38,406 bases of DNA from Candidatus Omnitrophota bacterium (GTDB taxonomy: Bacteria; Omnitrophota; Omnitrophia; Omnitrophales; Aquincolibacteriaceae), in the NCBI GenBank assembly GCA_041585205.1, contig JBFHCO010000003.1, forward strand, positions 1-38,406, read 5' to 3'. Position 1 is the stretch's first letter. Each line of letters begins with the position of its first letter. The notes below the pieces were generated by a model. That model worked only from the letters and a program-made list of their open reading frames with translations, had not been told where the DNA came from and searched no databases. The position numbers and the translations under genes are program-made. Below are positions 37,109 through 38,406 of the stretch, piece by piece.

Positions 37109-38406
37109 TGCAGCTTAACTCCTTCTCTATCGCCCAAACTGCCTTCCGAAATGAGTAACGATTCGTCATAATTCTCATCCTGCCAATATTTGCCGTAACC
37201 GGCTGCATAGACCATTTTTTTGATCTTATCGATGTTTGTGATCGAGTCGCTCAAACGGTCAGGCACCATGCGTATTAAATCACTCATGACGGAACATCTC
37301 TCGACATCCAGGAAGGCGAACATTCGGTCGAGAGTGTTTTGGTGATCTTCGGAGCGGAGCAAATCCTGCTCATAAGTAATATGATGGCAACCGATTCCCT
37401 CCAAGGCTTTTTCTTCTTCCCGGCCAAAATATTCTCTTTGCTGAATTTCATGGATCAGCCATTTTCCATCAATCGCCATTTTGTGTTGCTTGATCTTATT
37501 GCGCCTTCCCTTGATCAGATAAAATCTTCCGTAATGCGTCGCAACTTGGTTTGAGATAGCCTGCCTGAAGAGGTTTTGCCGTCTGAGATGAATAATTTTC
37601 CAACCGTCGCAATGGAGACGAAACAAGAAATCTTTGACGTTACGGATCCGTTGAATTTCCGTCAGTTGATAAATTTTAAGTTTAAACCCATAAACCGGTC
37701 TCTTCGAACTCATCAGCGAGCGGTGAAGGTATTTCTCATGCGATAAGACGGGATCATAAAATATCTCTCCGTCGGCATGAATTCGCGGATGCTGATTGAG
37801 CATGCGCTGCAACAAAGTACTTCCGCTTCGACCTTGGGCAAAAATCAGAAATTTCTTGTCGGGAACCGTTCTTCTCTTCGGCCTTAAATAGACTTGAACC
37901 TCTCGCAAGACGCTGCTCGGAATCCGCATAATGCGTTCCGAACGGTGGTATTTTTCCACGCATACAAGGGGCCGTTCGAAGCGCGTCACATGGGCTTTGA
38001 GTCCAGGCGCAAACGCCGGTGTTATCCGATAACGGCCGATGCCGACCGACCCCGTCATAATTTTCCCGGCTATGTGAACCGGAACCGACCAAAGGGTCTT
38101 CAATTTCCATCGTTCCTTCATATAAACCGGAAAGAGCAGAAGCTGTGACCACCCATTTTTATTTTTATGCTTATCTGAGAATTTGCGCCAATCCGAATAA
38201 AGCGTCAATGATAACGTTTCGCGATAGGGGTAGTAAGGCACAAAGGTCAGATACTGCTTCGCCGGTATCCTAATACTCCGCAACCGATCGATGATTCTTG
38301 AAGGAACAGGTGCGCTAAATTTCTCACGCAAGTAAAGAAGGGTTTCACGCATCGGTAAAATTATTTCCTTTCTTCTCGCTTGATGGATCAGACGATTCCA
38401 ATCCAA
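37105..38406 (-). CDS. Sulfotransferase with N-terminal extension resembling the C-terminal part of an uncharacterised nucleotidyltransferase; probably 5'-partial
   Basis: QGRSGSTLL, LNQHPRI..GEI, YGFKLK, RRQNLFRQAIS, TYE. The frame is open to the window edge, where the track's TTG start is probably artificial; possible internal ATG at 37929. Confidence 0.75.
   Translation of the reverse strand: MDWNRLIHQARRKEIILPMRETLLYLREKFSAPVPSRIIDRLRSIRIPAKQYLTFVPYYPYRETLSLTLYSDWRKFSDKHKNKNGWSQLLLFPVYMKERWKLKTLWSVPVHIAGKIMTGSVGIGRYRITPAFAPGLKAHVTRFERPLVCVEKYHRSERIMRIPSSVLREVQVYLRPKRRTVPDKKFLIFAQGRSGSTLLQRMLNQHPRIHADGEIFYDPVLSHEKYLHRSLMSSKRPVYGFKLKIYQLTEIQRIRNVKDFLFRLHCDGWKIIHLRRQNLFRQAISNQVATHYGRFYLIKGRRNKIKQHKMAIDGKWLIHEIQQREYFGREEEKALEGIGCHHITYEQDLLRSEDHQNTLDRMFAFLDVERCSVMSDLIRMVPDRLSDSITNIDKIKKMVYAAGYGKYWQDENYDESLLISEGSLGDREGVKLQ

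Noticed and set aside
24270-38406. tRNA-anchored genomic island containing the sulfotransferase cluster
   Set aside because: No integrase or duplicated tRNA end was seen, and the cluster lies 5' of the tRNA while the 3' side abuts rpoN.
1-38406. CRISPR arrays, IS elements, prophage or defence genes, rRNA
   Set aside because: No spaced direct repeats, transposase, integrase, phage or rRNA signatures; nearly all sequence is explained by the genes listed.

Overview
Gene-dense window from a diderm bacterium (LptD present; the AccD motif variant and gene content suggest the PVC superphylum, possibly Omnitrophota, which is inference). It has three blocks. (1) 1-15.4 kb: a mostly minus-strand nucleotide-sugar and glycosylation cluster (ugd, rmlA/B/D, WbpA/WbpP-like pair, UDP-xylose synthase, gmd-rmd) ending in three polyprenyl-phosphate-type GT2s, an ArnT/PMT-like GT-C transferase, an SDR epimerase and a partial SGNH protein missing from the ORF track. 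(2) 15.5-26.4 kb: accD, an orphan MsmX/MalK ATPase, two paralogous membrane GAF-GGDEF cyclases and lptD, divergent from an apparently leaderless rpoN, which converges on tRNA-Thr(CGT); then TPR and FecR-domain genes. (3) 26.5-38.4 kb: a tightly coupled polysaccharide operon with Wzx, GT2/GT4 enzymes (one tandem GT2-GT2), an RmlC-like epimerase, a flavoprotein and two paralogous sulfotransferases, one apparently fused to a nucleotidyltransferase-like domain. Best leads: a sulfated-glycan pathway, an asymmetric DGC pair coupled to lptD, an LptD with a single cysteine, and a lipid-linked GT-C glycosylation module. No CRISPR array, rRNA or mobile element was seen. All family calls are from motif recognition; no searches were run.
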